In this document: piece after piece, positions 1-9,164 of the stretch
Position numbering within the stretch: the first letter of the stretch is position 1
Layout of the letters: the number at the start of each line of letters is the position of its first letter
Source of the DNA: a virus
Strand: one strand, 5' to 3'
IMG/VR virus record: IMGVR_UViG_3300028558_000024
Span: 1-64,000 of that record
DNA length: 64,000 nt
Notes under the pieces: generated by a model
The model's database searches: none
The model's input: only the letters and a program-made list of their open reading frames with translations
Told to the model about the DNA's origin: nothing
Program-made: the position numbers and the translations under genes

Positions 1-230
1 CAGCCGGACTTAAGGCACATGCATCGACAGCCGGACAAGAGGCACATGCATCGACAGCCGGAAATTGGGCACATGCATCGACAGCCGGACAAGAGGCACA
101 TGCATCGACAGCCGGACAAGAGGCACATGCATCGACAGCCGGAAATTGGGCACATGCATCGACAGCCGGACTTAAGGCACATGCATCGACAGCCGGACTT
201 AAGGCACATGCATCGACAGCCGGACAACAC
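1..230 (+). repeat. 27-bp coding tandem repeat (8 full copies plus a partial one)
   Basis: GCACATGCATCGACAGCCGGA starts at 15, 42, 69, 96, 123, 150, 177 and 204, separated by hexamers CTTAAG, CAAGAG or AATTGG. Confidence 0.95.
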
Positions 231-425
231 TCTGTGTCGTCCGGCCTCGGATTCAACAACCGAGCCAAAGCTGCAAAAGACGGCGCGATCGTTCTGGTCA
301 ATTCCGACCGATGGACTGGAGAAATTTTTGCAATCAGGGCCAGCAAGGTCGGCGAAAACGGCATCAAGCCCGATACCTGGTACGAACTTTCAAGGACGGG
401 CGAATTCCAAGAAATTGCAGAATAG
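3..425 (+). CDS. 5'-truncated phage protein with 9-aa tandem repeats (AHASTAGxx) and a conserved C-terminal domain (DUF7666-associated type)
   Basis: Frame +3 is open from the window start through the repeats into ...RASKVGENGIKPDTWYEL, a C-terminal motif typical of this phage family. The ORF track calls only 234..425. Confidence 0.7.
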   Translation, partial: AGLKAHASTAGQEAHASTAGNWAHASTAGQEAHASTAGQEAHASTAGNWAHASTAGLKAHASTAGLKAHASTAGQHSVSSGLGFNNRAKAAKDGAIVLVNSDRWTGEIFAIRASKVGENGIKPDTWYELSRTGEFQEIAE

Positions 426-433
426 GAGGATTT

Positions 434-640
434 ATGGATAGTTGCAAATTTCGTTATCACCACATGCATCAAGATCGAAGATTGTCTTGCCCGAGTTGTG
501 GCGGGAGAGGCACAATCATAGTTACCGCAGAACGCGGCAAAACCCTCAACCAGCAACCCTCAACCCTCCGCTCAACCTTTAGAGCGTTTGTTGTTGCGCT
601 GGTCGATTTCATCAAATTTAAACTCGGATTCACTAAATAA
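434..640 (+). CDS. small hypothetical protein with a CxxCxGxG motif
   Basis: Strong SD (AGGAGG) before ATG 434; CPSCGGRG; stop overlaps the next start. Confidence 0.6.
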   Translation: MDSCKFRYHHMHQDRRLSCPSCGGRGTIIVTAERGKTLNQQPSTLRSTFRAFVVALVDFIKFKLGFTK

Positions 641-1704
641 TGACGACTCAAGAACAAGAAAAGAAGCAACTCCCCGCCACGACTGACGCGCTGACAGCGT
701 ATCCGGCGCTTTCAAACTGCGAAATGCACGACGGAAGTCTGCAAATCAACAGCTTTCCGGCTATTGTCGAATTCGCAAAAATGGCCGTAGGCTGCGGGTT
801 CTTTGAAGACACGAAAACCGCTAATCAGGCAATTATCAAAGTCTCTTGGGGTACTTCGGTTGGCTTGACTCCAATGGAGTCGATTAATGATGTTTACGTA
901 AATCGCGGCAAGTTCGGCGTTTGGGCAAAAGCGATTGCTAGAAAAATCAAATCGCATCCGCGCTATGACTACAAGGTGCGTGAGAACACTGTCAAACAGT
1001 GCGTCCTTGAGTGCTATATAGATGGCGAGCTGCAAAACGATCTCATCACGTACACAATGGAGCAGGCGATTGCAGCCGGAGTGACGGGCAATAAGCCGTG
1101 GAAGGTTACGCCCGCCAGGATGCTGTTTTACAAGGCGATCACCGAAGCCCAGATCGTTCACTTCCCCGACGTCTTCAAGGGAACAGTCATGTCTACCGAA
1201 GACATCCAAGACATGGAGTTTTCCGAAGCTTACAAAAAAGACCGTCCAAACATCGTCAAACAAGCCCAGCTTGAAGCAGCCCAGGACCGCGCAGCCGACA
1301 AGATTTTGACATCAAAACAACTCGACGAAGCCTTGGATGTCACTGAAGCTGAAGAAGTCCCCTTCGACGACGGCAAAGAAATTAGCCGAGAGCGTTCTCC
1401 CATTTTTCCTCAACCTAAACCAGAATTTCAAGACCGCCAAGAAGGTCGGGCGAGAGTTTTAGAACAGGAAGGCGAGAAGGAAGCAGCTGAAAAACTCCGT
1501 CAAGAGATGGCCGAGCATGAAAAATTAAAAGCCAGTGTAAAAGCCGTCAAATGGTCGGACGTGATTTTAAAAGCAACCCGTTCGAAATACGGCGCACCTC
1601 AAATTAAGGCATGGTTAGAGGCTCGTGGAGTGAATTGCGCAGATGCCGCAAATATCCCTCAAGCCCAATTGCAAGCTGCATTGGCTGAAATGGAACCTAA
1701 GTAA
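640..1704 (+). CDS. RecT/Bet-like single-strand annealing protein
   Basis: WKVTPARMLFYKAITEA...FPDVFKG resembles the RecT-family W..YP..ML..RA...FPD signature; charged C-terminal tail. Confidence 0.65.
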   Translation: MTTQEQEKKQLPATTDALTAYPALSNCEMHDGSLQINSFPAIVEFAKMAVGCGFFEDTKTANQAIIKVSWGTSVGLTPMESINDVYVNRGKFGVWAKAIARKIKSHPRYDYKVRENTVKQCVLECYIDGELQNDLITYTMEQAIAAGVTGNKPWKVTPARMLFYKAITEAQIVHFPDVFKGTVMSTEDIQDMEFSEAYKKDRPNIVKQAQLEAAQDRAADKILTSKQLDEALDVTEAEEVPFDDGKEISRERSPIFPQPKPEFQDRQEGRARVLEQEGEKEAAEKLRQEMAEHEKLKASVKAVKWSDVILKATRSKYGAPQIKAWLEARGVNCADAANIPQAQLQAALAEMEPK

Positions 1705-1750
1705 ATAGTTTTACCCCCGCATTATCTCTTGCATACTCCCGAGGAAAACC

Positions 1751-3745
1751 GTGACCGTTGGCAAAGCAGAGCAGATTGGTATTTTTGCCGATAACCAGCC
1801 TGCAACACCTATCGTTGAAGAAGAAAAGGAAATTCCGCCGACACCCCTTGAAGGTGAGCGTTGGGTTGATTTTTCCAATCGCGATGAGTTCCTTTACAAC
1901 GGTCAGGGTTACTTCGAGTCAGTTACTTGCGAAAGACTCGTCAAGCTGATGCCCGACGGGAGCCACTTTTGCCAGGTTCTCCGGAAAGAGACTCCACTCA
2001 TCCGAATCGATATGTCACCGGAAGAAAAGTTCGCGGCTATTTTGGAAATCGCGGAGCGTCTCGGCCCTGATTATGTTCAGTTCGTTCACGACAAATTAGA
2101 AAGCATCCAATCCGATTTTTCACCAGAAAACAAAATTACATGGCTGGCTGTTAGGCAGGTCGAAGACGATTTGCAGCACTACCAGCGGGTTAAGACAAAG
2201 CCCAAAAAAGAGAAATCTCAAAAACAGCAGCAGAAAGAATTGGAAGAAAGTACTGAAAAGGAGCGCTTATCCGTGACGGTTCCAGCAGACAAAGAAGTTG
2301 ACGATTTCATTCAAGAATTAGCCCAGAGGGCAAATCGATTCATCAAACAAACCGGTAATCGTTCTCCTTTGACGCCTGTCGAGGCTGACGCACTGTTTAA
2401 AAAGCGTTTGATCGAATCGAAACTGAATGAAATTTTGACCCTTGCCGGTGAGCTCGGTTTCAGTGATGAAGACGGACAGGGCGAGGAAGAAAAGTTATTT
2501 CCAGGAGCAACAGACGAATCCGCAACTCCAACAAGCGAAGAAGTTGAAGTTGTTGAAGAGTTTGAAGTAGACGCTGAAACTGAAGGCGTTAAACCGGAAG
2601 GTGTTGCAACCAATATAGAGATTCCGATGCTTTTGGATGGGCAGCAAAAGGAGGAAGAGCCATGCGAGGCCGCTAAAAACGGCACCGAAGGGGAAACCGA
2701 CGCAAAATCAGTTGAGAATAACGACACGTCCGAGCCGGGGATTCCGGCTGCTGAGTCGTCAACGTTGGTGGATTCATCACCAACAACGTCTGAAGAGTTG
2801 TCACAACATACACCTTTGCTGCAACCTTCAACGGAGACGGATCAGGGCAAGGAATCTCCGGCAAAGACGGAAAATCGAACACTTGTCGAGTTAGAGAATG
2901 GCGATTTTGCTGATGTTGAAACCGGCGAAGTAGTCATTAGAGCCAATGTCATCAGACTGGCCGCAAGCGCCGAACTTGGCGAATTGTTGCCCGAACAAAA
3001 GAAGTTTGAAATTTGCGACGAAGAAAGCGCTGCAATCTTTATTGGAATGGTTAGACGCCGTCAAAACAATATCGTCGACGCATTGCAATTCGCTGCCTCG
3101 GTCATCAACAAAAACCTTTCTGAACTGAACGGACTGCAAGGCCGTTTCAACTATGAACTTAAAACCACTTGCGGTGGTTTGATGAAAAAGAAGAAAGACG
3201 GCTCATTCGACGGCAAGACTTTCAACACCCATAAAGGAAAAGTCTTCTTTAGAACATTCGGCGGTCTGGACGTTTACGACAAGAAAGAATTTCAGGCATG
3301 GGTCGCAAAACAACCTGAAAAAGAATGCCCGGATCTCGGGATTGAGATCGTTGAGTCGTGGTCGAAAACTGTTGTCGAACTTCCGTCTGACAACGACGCC
3401 GCAGTGATTGAAATGATCAAAGAGATGTGTCCCGAAGCCGTTATTCATCACACAGAGAAAGCCGTCACCCGCGAACCAAATATGGAAATCGTCGAAGCAT
3501 TTGTCAAAGACGGAAAAGAAATTCCAGGTTGCCGCTGGATCGAGCCAGACGAATTGGGAGAAGTGACATTTGGCGAAAGCACTGCTAGATCTGGATTTTC
3601 GCTTTCCGAGGCAGCAATAAGCAAACTCTTCAAGGGCGAAAGAAAAGACGTTCAAACCAAATTCATTGGATTGACTGACATCAGATATGCGACTCCATAC
3701 AAAGTCACGGAGGTCAAAAAAGAAGATGACGATAACGCTGCGTGA
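1751..3745 (+). CDS. large acidic protein with a possible Gam/Gp157-like C-terminal region
   Basis: 664 aa, SD GAGG. A low-complexity acidic middle is followed by a helical segment, KTFNTHKGKVFFR and EIPGCRWIE, reminiscent of Mu Gam/Gp157-like proteins; adjacent to the annealase. Confidence 0.4.
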   Translation: MTVGKAEQIGIFADNQPATPIVEEEKEIPPTPLEGERWVDFSNRDEFLYNGQGYFESVTCERLVKLMPDGSHFCQVLRKETPLIRIDMSPEEKFAAILEIAERLGPDYVQFVHDKLESIQSDFSPENKITWLAVRQVEDDLQHYQRVKTKPKKEKSQKQQQKELEESTEKERLSVTVPADKEVDDFIQELAQRANRFIKQTGNRSPLTPVEADALFKKRLIESKLNEILTLAGELGFSDEDGQGEEEKLFPGATDESATPTSEEVEVVEEFEVDAETEGVKPEGVATNIEIPMLLDGQQKEEEPCEAAKNGTEGETDAKSVENNDTSEPGIPAAESSTLVDSSPTTSEELSQHTPLLQPSTETDQGKESPAKTENRTLVELENGDFADVETGEVVIRANVIRLAASAELGELLPEQKKFEICDEESAAIFIGMVRRRQNNIVDALQFAASVINKNLSELNGLQGRFNYELKTTCGGLMKKKKDGSFDGKTFNTHKGKVFFRTFGGLDVYDKKEFQAWVAKQPEKECPDLGIEIVESWSKTVVELPSDNDAAVIEMIKEMCPEAVIHHTEKAVTREPNMEIVEAFVKDGKEIPGCRWIEPDELGEVTFGESTARSGFSLSEAAISKLFKGERKDVQTKFIGLTDIRYATPYKVTEVKKEDDDNAA

Positions 3746-4010
3746 TTTGTTGGCGGCGGCATTCGTTGAAAGTCAACTCAAGACGTCCATTCATTCCCGA
3801 ACCGCAGTCGAAAAAGCTTATGAATTAGCAGATTTAATTTATGACGATGTAGCAGAGGTAAGACGTGAAAAACCAAAAGATTCTAAGTGTGACGACGGTG
3901 ATTGCGTTTCAGCTAACGGCTGCGGTTCCGGCTTTCGCCCAAGAAAACAAACTCAAGCAACCAATTCAGGACGAAAAAATACTAACAGGACTCGTAAAGG
4001 TAACCCGTGA
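3726..4010 (+). CDS. small phage protein of the MTLRD..AA...AY..AD type
   Basis: TLRDLLAAAF...AYELADLIY, a motif common in phage early regions. Confidence 0.45.
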   Translation: MTITLRDLLAAAFVESQLKTSIHSRTAVEKAYELADLIYDDVAEVRREKPKDSKCDDGDCVSANGCGSGFRPRKQTQATNSGRKNTNRTRKGNP

Positions 4011-4329
4011 GCCTAGAAAACACTGGTACACGCCTCATTTTAGAGGCGAGCCTACTTTCAAAATCCAAAACGCTGGCGGCGGGTTTGTCTCCTATTCAGA
4101 GGACCAATTCAAAACCCTCAAGAAGGCTTTTAAGAAGGCCAATCATGAATCCTTTCCGGATTTGCGCAGTTATGAAACGGCGCATCCTCGTTGGCACAAA
4201 ACGCAAATGGGCTTTCAACACTGGAACCCAGTATTGCAGGGCTCGTCATCGTTCGTCATCCCTGCGGGTGTTTTGGTTGGAGGGTACTGGGCCGGTCGGA
4301 CAAAGCAAACTGTGACGGTGCAGCAATGA
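3865..4329 (+). CDS. hypothetical exported protein
   Basis: N-terminal signal-peptide-like segment ending AFA; SD GAGGT. Confidence 0.55.
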   Translation: MKNQKILSVTTVIAFQLTAAVPAFAQENKLKQPIQDEKILTGLVKVTREPRKHWYTPHFRGEPTFKIQNAGGGFVSYSEDQFKTLKKAFKKANHESFPDLRSYETAHPRWHKTQMGFQHWNPVLQGSSSFVIPAGVLVGGYWAGRTKQTVTVQQ

Positions 4330-4520
4330 TGAGCTGGAGATATTTCATAGCGTTTCTTTTTGTTCTTTCCATTAGAGCCGCTTGCATTCAAGAATCTTGG
4401 AACGCGGTCGCCCCTCTGTGGCATGTCGATTTCATGCAATGGTGGCAGCCGGCAATAATCGCATTCTCAACAATCCTTTGGAATACAAAAACGAGGTCAC
4501 CAAGTAATGTCAAAAACTGA
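4326..4520 (+). CDS. small membrane protein
   Basis: Two hydrophobic segments; ATGA overlap with the upstream gene. Confidence 0.45.
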   Translation: MMSWRYFIAFLFVLSIRAACIQESWNAVAPLWHVDFMQWWQPAIIAFSTILWNTKTRSPSNVKN

Positions 4521-4863
4521 TTGGACAGAAAACATGCAAACCGAAAGGGATGTTACAAAGGCTTGGGCATCCGGTGGCAGCGATGCTGGTGCAGATTATG
4601 ACTTCCGAATTCTTAAAGTGGGAGGCCGATCACCGAAAGTTCTTGAAGAAGAAAACCAAAACCTTCTCGGCAAGATAGAACGCCTAAACAGACAAAGACT
4701 TGTCACGGCCGCAAAACTGGAAAACCAAAGCAGAAATTTGAAAGTCGTTAGAGAAGCTGTCGGGGAGTGCAATGAAGGCGGGAATAAACTTGCCGCAGCG
4801 TTGATTGAATCGATGCAGCGGGATTGCGAAATTCTTGAACATGAGTTGAGGAATTTCAGTTAG
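4507..4863 (+). CDS. hypothetical coiled-coil protein
   Basis: 118-aa ORF in a tightly packed operon; SD GAGG. Confidence 0.55.
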   Translation: MSKTDWTENMQTERDVTKAWASGGSDAGADYDFRILKVGGRSPKVLEEENQNLLGKIERLNRQRLVTAAKLENQSRNLKVVREAVGECNEGGNKLAAALIESMQRDCEILEHELRNFS

Positions 4864-5379
4864 ATGATCATTGTCGGCATTGATCCTGGTCAAAAAGGTG
4901 CTTTCGCCAAAATCAAAAATGGCGAGTTGGTTAAATGTGCCGATTTGCCGATCGCTTCGGTCGAAGTCGGCGGGAAAGAAAAACTCCATATGTTCGTTGA
5001 AGAAATTTTTGAACAGCTTGAATTGCAAGGTGAAAAGCCAAGCAACGTCCACACATTCATTGAAAAGCAGGGATATACGGGCGAGATGTTTGAAAAGATG
5101 ACAAAAGCCGCATTAGCCCGCTACATGTGCGCATATGGCGAGCTGATCGGCTACATCAAAGGCCGCGGATATGGATTGACCCTCGTTGCGCCGATAACTT
5201 GGATAAAGGGAATCAATGCCCCCGGTGGAAAAGATGGCCATATCGTCAAAGCCTACCAAGTCTTTCCCGGCAAAACCCATATGTTCAGAGGCGTGAAAGG
5301 ACAGACAAAAGACGGTCGAGCCGATGCCGCGCTGATTGCTTATTACGGACACCTATTCATAAACAAAGGACGATTCTAA
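4864..5379 (+). CDS. RuvC-like Holliday junction resolvase
   Basis: IVGIDPGQKGA, FIEK and DGRADAALIA catalytic motifs of phage RuvC-like nucleases. Confidence 0.85.
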   Translation: MIIVGIDPGQKGAFAKIKNGELVKCADLPIASVEVGGKEKLHMFVEEIFEQLELQGEKPSNVHTFIEKQGYTGEMFEKMTKAALARYMCAYGELIGYIKGRGYGLTLVAPITWIKGINAPGGKDGHIVKAYQVFPGKTHMFRGVKGQTKDGRADAALIAYYGHLFINKGRF

Positions 5380-5817
5380 ATGAACTTCGAGCTGCCCGAT
5401 ATTCGCGCCAACCAAGCTGAGCGCCATGAAAACATCAAACAAATTATTGGCCCGGCGCCGACCCATCATGCCGATACAGTTGGGATGGCTCAATACATAG
5501 CCTACTTAGAAAAACAGACCGTCAAAGCCAACAAGAAAAATATTGGAGTCGAGAGGGAAATTGATATTTTGCTCCAAGTCATTGATGACCTTGAGCCAGA
5601 TAGGAAAATACAAAAGCAGCTCATAAAAGAAGCGGCAAAGAAAGTCCCGATGCCTGAATGGCTAAGGCTGCAGCTAATCAAAAAGTACGAAGAAGAGTGT
5701 CTCGCTGAGGCAAAAAGAAAGGAGAAAGAGGCAAAGAAAGCCAAGAAAAATATGAATGCTCCAGGGCAACTCTCAATCATGGATGAGCCTGGAGTTAAAG
5801 AAACAGAAGAAAACTAA
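5380..5817 (+). CDS. hypothetical protein
   Basis: 145-aa ORF abutting the resolvase gene. Confidence 0.6.
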   Translation: MNFELPDIRANQAERHENIKQIIGPAPTHHADTVGMAQYIAYLEKQTVKANKKNIGVEREIDILLQVIDDLEPDRKIQKQLIKEAAKKVPMPEWLRLQLIKKYEEECLAEAKRKEKEAKKAKKNMNAPGQLSIMDEPGVKETEEN

Positions 5818-5848
5818 AACCCAAATTGGTCTTTGGAGATTTTAAAAA

Positions 5849-6217
5849 ATGGTGGAAGTTAAACGACAACTTCCCGGCTTCCAATCGCTTAAAGCTTGGG
5901 CGCAGGGACACGGAATCAAATACTCGAACGCTTATGGAATGCTCCAGCAAGGGAAATTCCAGCGCGAAGATTGGAAAAAAGTCGGGACTCGGTATTTTGT
6001 CAGACTCGGGGCAAATACAACCGGCGCCCTCAAACCAAGCCTTCCCGTCGGTCTAATAACCCTGTCGGAGTGGCAATCCCGGAATAATCAGTCTTACAAA
6101 ACAACAAAGAAATTCATTGCAACCGGAGCACTAAAACCCATTCCGTTTAGAGGAAGCATTTATTTGCACGAAGCAGCAATACCAGATATGGCGATTATTT
6201 CGGCGAGTGGAAGATAA
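5849..6217 (+). CDS. putative DNA-binding protein with two HTH/wing-like units
   Basis: SLKAWAQGHGIKYSNAYGMLQQGK...KVGTRYFV and TLSEWQSRNNQSYKTTKKFIATG resemble Xis/MerR-like HTH units. Confidence 0.5.
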   Translation: MVEVKRQLPGFQSLKAWAQGHGIKYSNAYGMLQQGKFQREDWKKVGTRYFVRLGANTTGALKPSLPVGLITLSEWQSRNNQSYKTTKKFIATGALKPIPFRGSIYLHEAAIPDMAIISASGR

Positions 6218-6219
6218 TC

Positions 6220-6576
6220 ATGAGCATAGAAGAAAACACAAAAGCAGCAAAACCTCCCCTCCATTTCAGGCTTTTACAAAGCATCGCCGGTGGTGATTTG
6301 GTTATTGAAACGCGGGCGCTTGAAGAAGAGCTCAAAGAAACTAAAAAACGAATTGCTTTCCATGAAGAGGAATTCTTGAGGGAAGAAGCAGGACGGATTG
6401 AACAGCTGCAAAGATTCAACAAACTATCCGAAGCAGTTGCGGTGATGTTGATTCATGAGCCTTCATACAAAACGGAACACGACGAGGCAGCCGAAGCTTT
6501 CAATCGGGTTCTGATTACGTATCAAGAATTGAATAACTATTCGCCAATCGTCGAAAAAGAGGCGACAGCAGAATGA
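6220..6576 (+). CDS. hypothetical protein
   Basis: 118-aa ORF translationally coupled to the C5 methyltransferase. Confidence 0.55.
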   Translation: MSIEENTKAAKPPLHFRLLQSIAGGDLVIETRALEEELKETKKRIAFHEEEFLREEAGRIEQLQRFNKLSEAVAVMLIHEPSYKTEHDEAAEAFNRVLITYQELNNYSPIVEKEATAE

Positions 6577-8243
6577 GACAACTATCTTTGGTTGATGAAC
6601 TCGTAATTGATTTGTTTGCCGGCGGTGGAGGTGCTTCTCTCGGCATCGAACAAGCGCTCGGCCGGTCGGTTGACTACGCCGTCAACCATGACAAAGAAGC
6701 CATTGCAATGCACGAGGCAAATCACCCTGGCACCATTCACTATCAGTCCGACGTTTTTGAAGTTGATCCTCGTGAGGTTACTCACGGGCGTCCTGTCGGC
6801 TTGCTCTGGATGTCTCCAGATTGCAAGCACTTCAGCAAGGCAAAGGGAGCGGCACTTCTCGACAAGAAGATTAGGGGGCTCTGCTGGGTTGGGCTGAAGT
6901 GGGCTGCAATGGTTCGGCCGCGCGTCATCTTCATGGAAAACGTCGAAGAGTTTCAAACTTACGGACCACTGCTTGCAGACGGAACACCGGACCCTGATCA
7001 AAAGGGCAAGTTCTTTCTAAGTTTTCTACAGGCTTGGCGTCGACTTGGGTATCAACTCGAGCACCGTGAGCTCGTCGCTTATGAGTACGGCACGCCAACG
7101 ACCCGCAAGCGCTTCTTTCTAATTGCCCGTTGCGACGGGCAGCCGATAGTATGGCCGGCTAAAACTCATGGCAAACCTACAGACAAACGAGTCATTTCAG
7201 GCGAGTTGCTTCCATGGAGAACGGCCGCAGAGTGCATCGAATGGGGATTGCCGTCAGAGTCGATTTTTGACCGTAAAAAACCTCTCGTGGCTTCCACGAT
7301 GAGACGAATCGCTAAAGGTATTCAGAAGTACGTCATTGAGGCTAAAGAGCCGTTCATTGTCACATGCAACCACGGCGGCGAAGGCTTCAGAGGCAACGGC
7401 ATCAATCAGCCATTCAAGACGGTTACATCGGCACGAGACGCACATGGGCTGGTAGTCCCGACGTTAATTCAAACGGGATGGGGAGAACGAAACGGACAAT
7501 CACCCAGAGTGCCAGGACTTGAAAAGCCCCATGGTGTCGTAATGGCAGAGGGTATTAAGACCGCCCTGGTCTGTTATCACCTGTCGCACTTCCGCGATGC
7601 CCCAGGCGGAAAACCTCGAGACGTTTCCCTTGATGCTCCGACGCCGGCAATAACCGCGGGCGGAATTACGCTCTCGCTGCAGGCAGCAAACCTAATCAAG
7701 CAGTACTCAGGCAACTACGATGCCGGGGGAGTTGGCGCAAATGAACCTTTCCACACAGTTACAGAGAAAGATCATCATCGATTGGTGTCTGCGAATCTCG
7801 TTCGAATGTTCGGAACCAGCAACGGTGCATCGTGCGTTGAGCCGCTTGGAACCATCTGCACTCAAGGTGGCGGCAAAAGCTACCTGGTCGAATCTTTTCT
7901 GCAAACCTATAACGGCAACGGCGGCACTCATTCGATCAGCGATCCAATGAACACAGTAACAACGCGTGACAGATTGTCGTTGATTTCACTGGCCGGTATT
8001 CACTTTCAGATTGACGACATTCTTATGCGGATGCTAAAGCCTCGCGAATTATTCAGAGCTCAAGGGTTTCCCGACAGCTACATCATTGATCCATTGATTC
8101 CACGCGGCAAGAAGGGTGAACTAAAGGCACTGCCTCAATCCGCCCAGGTGCGAATGTGTGGGAATTCGGTTCCTCCACAATTTTCACATGCGCTAGTCGC
8201 GGCAAATTATCGAGAGACAAGAACGGCACGAAAGAGAGCTTAA
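6573..8243 (+). CDS. DNA cytosine-C5 methyltransferase (phage type)
   Basis: DLFAGGGG (motif I), SPDC (IV), ENVEEF (VI), TRKRFF (VIII), RELFRAQGF and GNSV (IX/X). Confidence 0.92.
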   Translation: MRQLSLVDELVIDLFAGGGGASLGIEQALGRSVDYAVNHDKEAIAMHEANHPGTIHYQSDVFEVDPREVTHGRPVGLLWMSPDCKHFSKAKGAALLDKKIRGLCWVGLKWAAMVRPRVIFMENVEEFQTYGPLLADGTPDPDQKGKFFLSFLQAWRRLGYQLEHRELVAYEYGTPTTRKRFFLIARCDGQPIVWPAKTHGKPTDKRVISGELLPWRTAAECIEWGLPSESIFDRKKPLVASTMRRIAKGIQKYVIEAKEPFIVTCNHGGEGFRGNGINQPFKTVTSARDAHGLVVPTLIQTGWGERNGQSPRVPGLEKPHGVVMAEGIKTALVCYHLSHFRDAPGGKPRDVSLDAPTPAITAGGITLSLQAANLIKQYSGNYDAGGVGANEPFHTVTEKDHHRLVSANLVRMFGTSNGASCVEPLGTICTQGGGKSYLVESFLQTYNGNGGTHSISDPMNTVTTRDRLSLISLAGIHFQIDDILMRMLKPRELFRAQGFPDSYIIDPLIPRGKKGELKALPQSAQVRMCGNSVPPQFSHALVAANYRETRTARKRA

Positions 8244-8255
8244 GGAGAAAACATT

Positions 8256-8660
8256 TTGATTCACTGGCTAAAAACTAAAAACCCCTGGTTCGAAGAAGTC
8301 GCCGACTTCGACAAGACCTTTGAGATTCGCGAGAACGATCGCAAATTTCAAGTTGATGACATTTTGATTTTGGCTGAATTGAGTGATCCGAAGGATCCTC
8401 CGCGGCACGCAAATTCAACCGAGGCAGCCATTATTTGCCGAGTTACGAAAGTGCTCAAGCATGATGAATTTGAAGGACTTGCCGAAAATTACGTCGCGAT
8501 GGGACTTCATGTGCTCGGATTCATCATGCCCGACACTGGTCCATATGGCGGAAAAATCGACACGCTAAAACTCTTTGAGTATCACCGCACCAAAGTTGAA
8601 TCAACACAGTGGACTTCCACAACAAAGCGGAAGCCCGAGAACGCGGAGGTGAAACTCTAA
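8256..8660 (+). CDS. ASCH/DUF3850-domain protein
   Basis: HWLKT...FEEV...KTFEIRENDRKFQVDDILILAE signature. Confidence 0.8.
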   Translation: MIHWLKTKNPWFEEVADFDKTFEIRENDRKFQVDDILILAELSDPKDPPRHANSTEAAIICRVTKVLKHDEFEGLAENYVAMGLHVLGFIMPDTGPYGGKIDTLKLFEYHRTKVESTQWTSTTKRKPENAEVKL

Positions 8661-9163
8661 TGCATCTCAGAACAATGCAACAGCACCTGCCCTGGACAAT
8701 TCCATACAGCGAGAAGTTTGAGGACAACAAGAGTAGTTACGCGGACATGCAACACGCGTTAATGCACATCGTTAAATCTGCCGGCATCATCGCGGGATTG
8801 ATTGACCAATACGATCACGGCGAACAACCCGATTACTCCTTCCCTGAGATAAGAAAGCGTACTTGCGATTTCGTCATGTGCGCACTGCGAATAGCTAACA
8901 CGGCGCCAAATGGTGCCTTCGATCTGCAAAGCGCCGTCCTGAACAGAATGAGTAGCGTCAATAACACAGACATTCGAGATCTCGACATCGCTCTGACCAA
9001 TACCGAAATCCTCATGTACGTCCTTGGCTGGCAGGGCGGGACAATCCATCAACTCTCAAAGGAGTTGGGGGTTAAGGATGACGTTATTTTGGATGCCAAC
9101 GCAGACAAAATGCGGGAATTAATTGCACTGGCGCAAATGATTAGGAATAAGAGGGAGAAGTAA
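8660..9163 (+). CDS. hypothetical protein, possibly MazG-like all-alpha NTP pyrophosphatase fold
   Basis: HALMHIVKSAG...EIRKRTCDFVMCALRIAN pattern; TAATG coupling to the upstream gene. Confidence 0.4.
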   Translation: MHLRTMQQHLPWTIPYSEKFEDNKSSYADMQHALMHIVKSAGIIAGLIDQYDHGEQPDYSFPEIRKRTCDFVMCALRIANTAPNGAFDLQSAVLNRMSSVNNTDIRDLDIALTNTEILMYVLGWQGGTIHQLSKELGVKDDVILDANADKMRELIALAQMIRNKREK

Positions 9164-9164
9164 A

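Noticed and set aside
1-230. CRISPR-like array of 21-bp repeats
   Set aside because: The spacers are only 6 bp and recur, the period is 27 (in frame), it reads as a coding repeat, and no cas genes are present.
19-441. ORF 19..441 (MHRQPDKRH repeats)
   Set aside because: It is an alternative frame of the repeat; frame +3 gives the recognisable protein.
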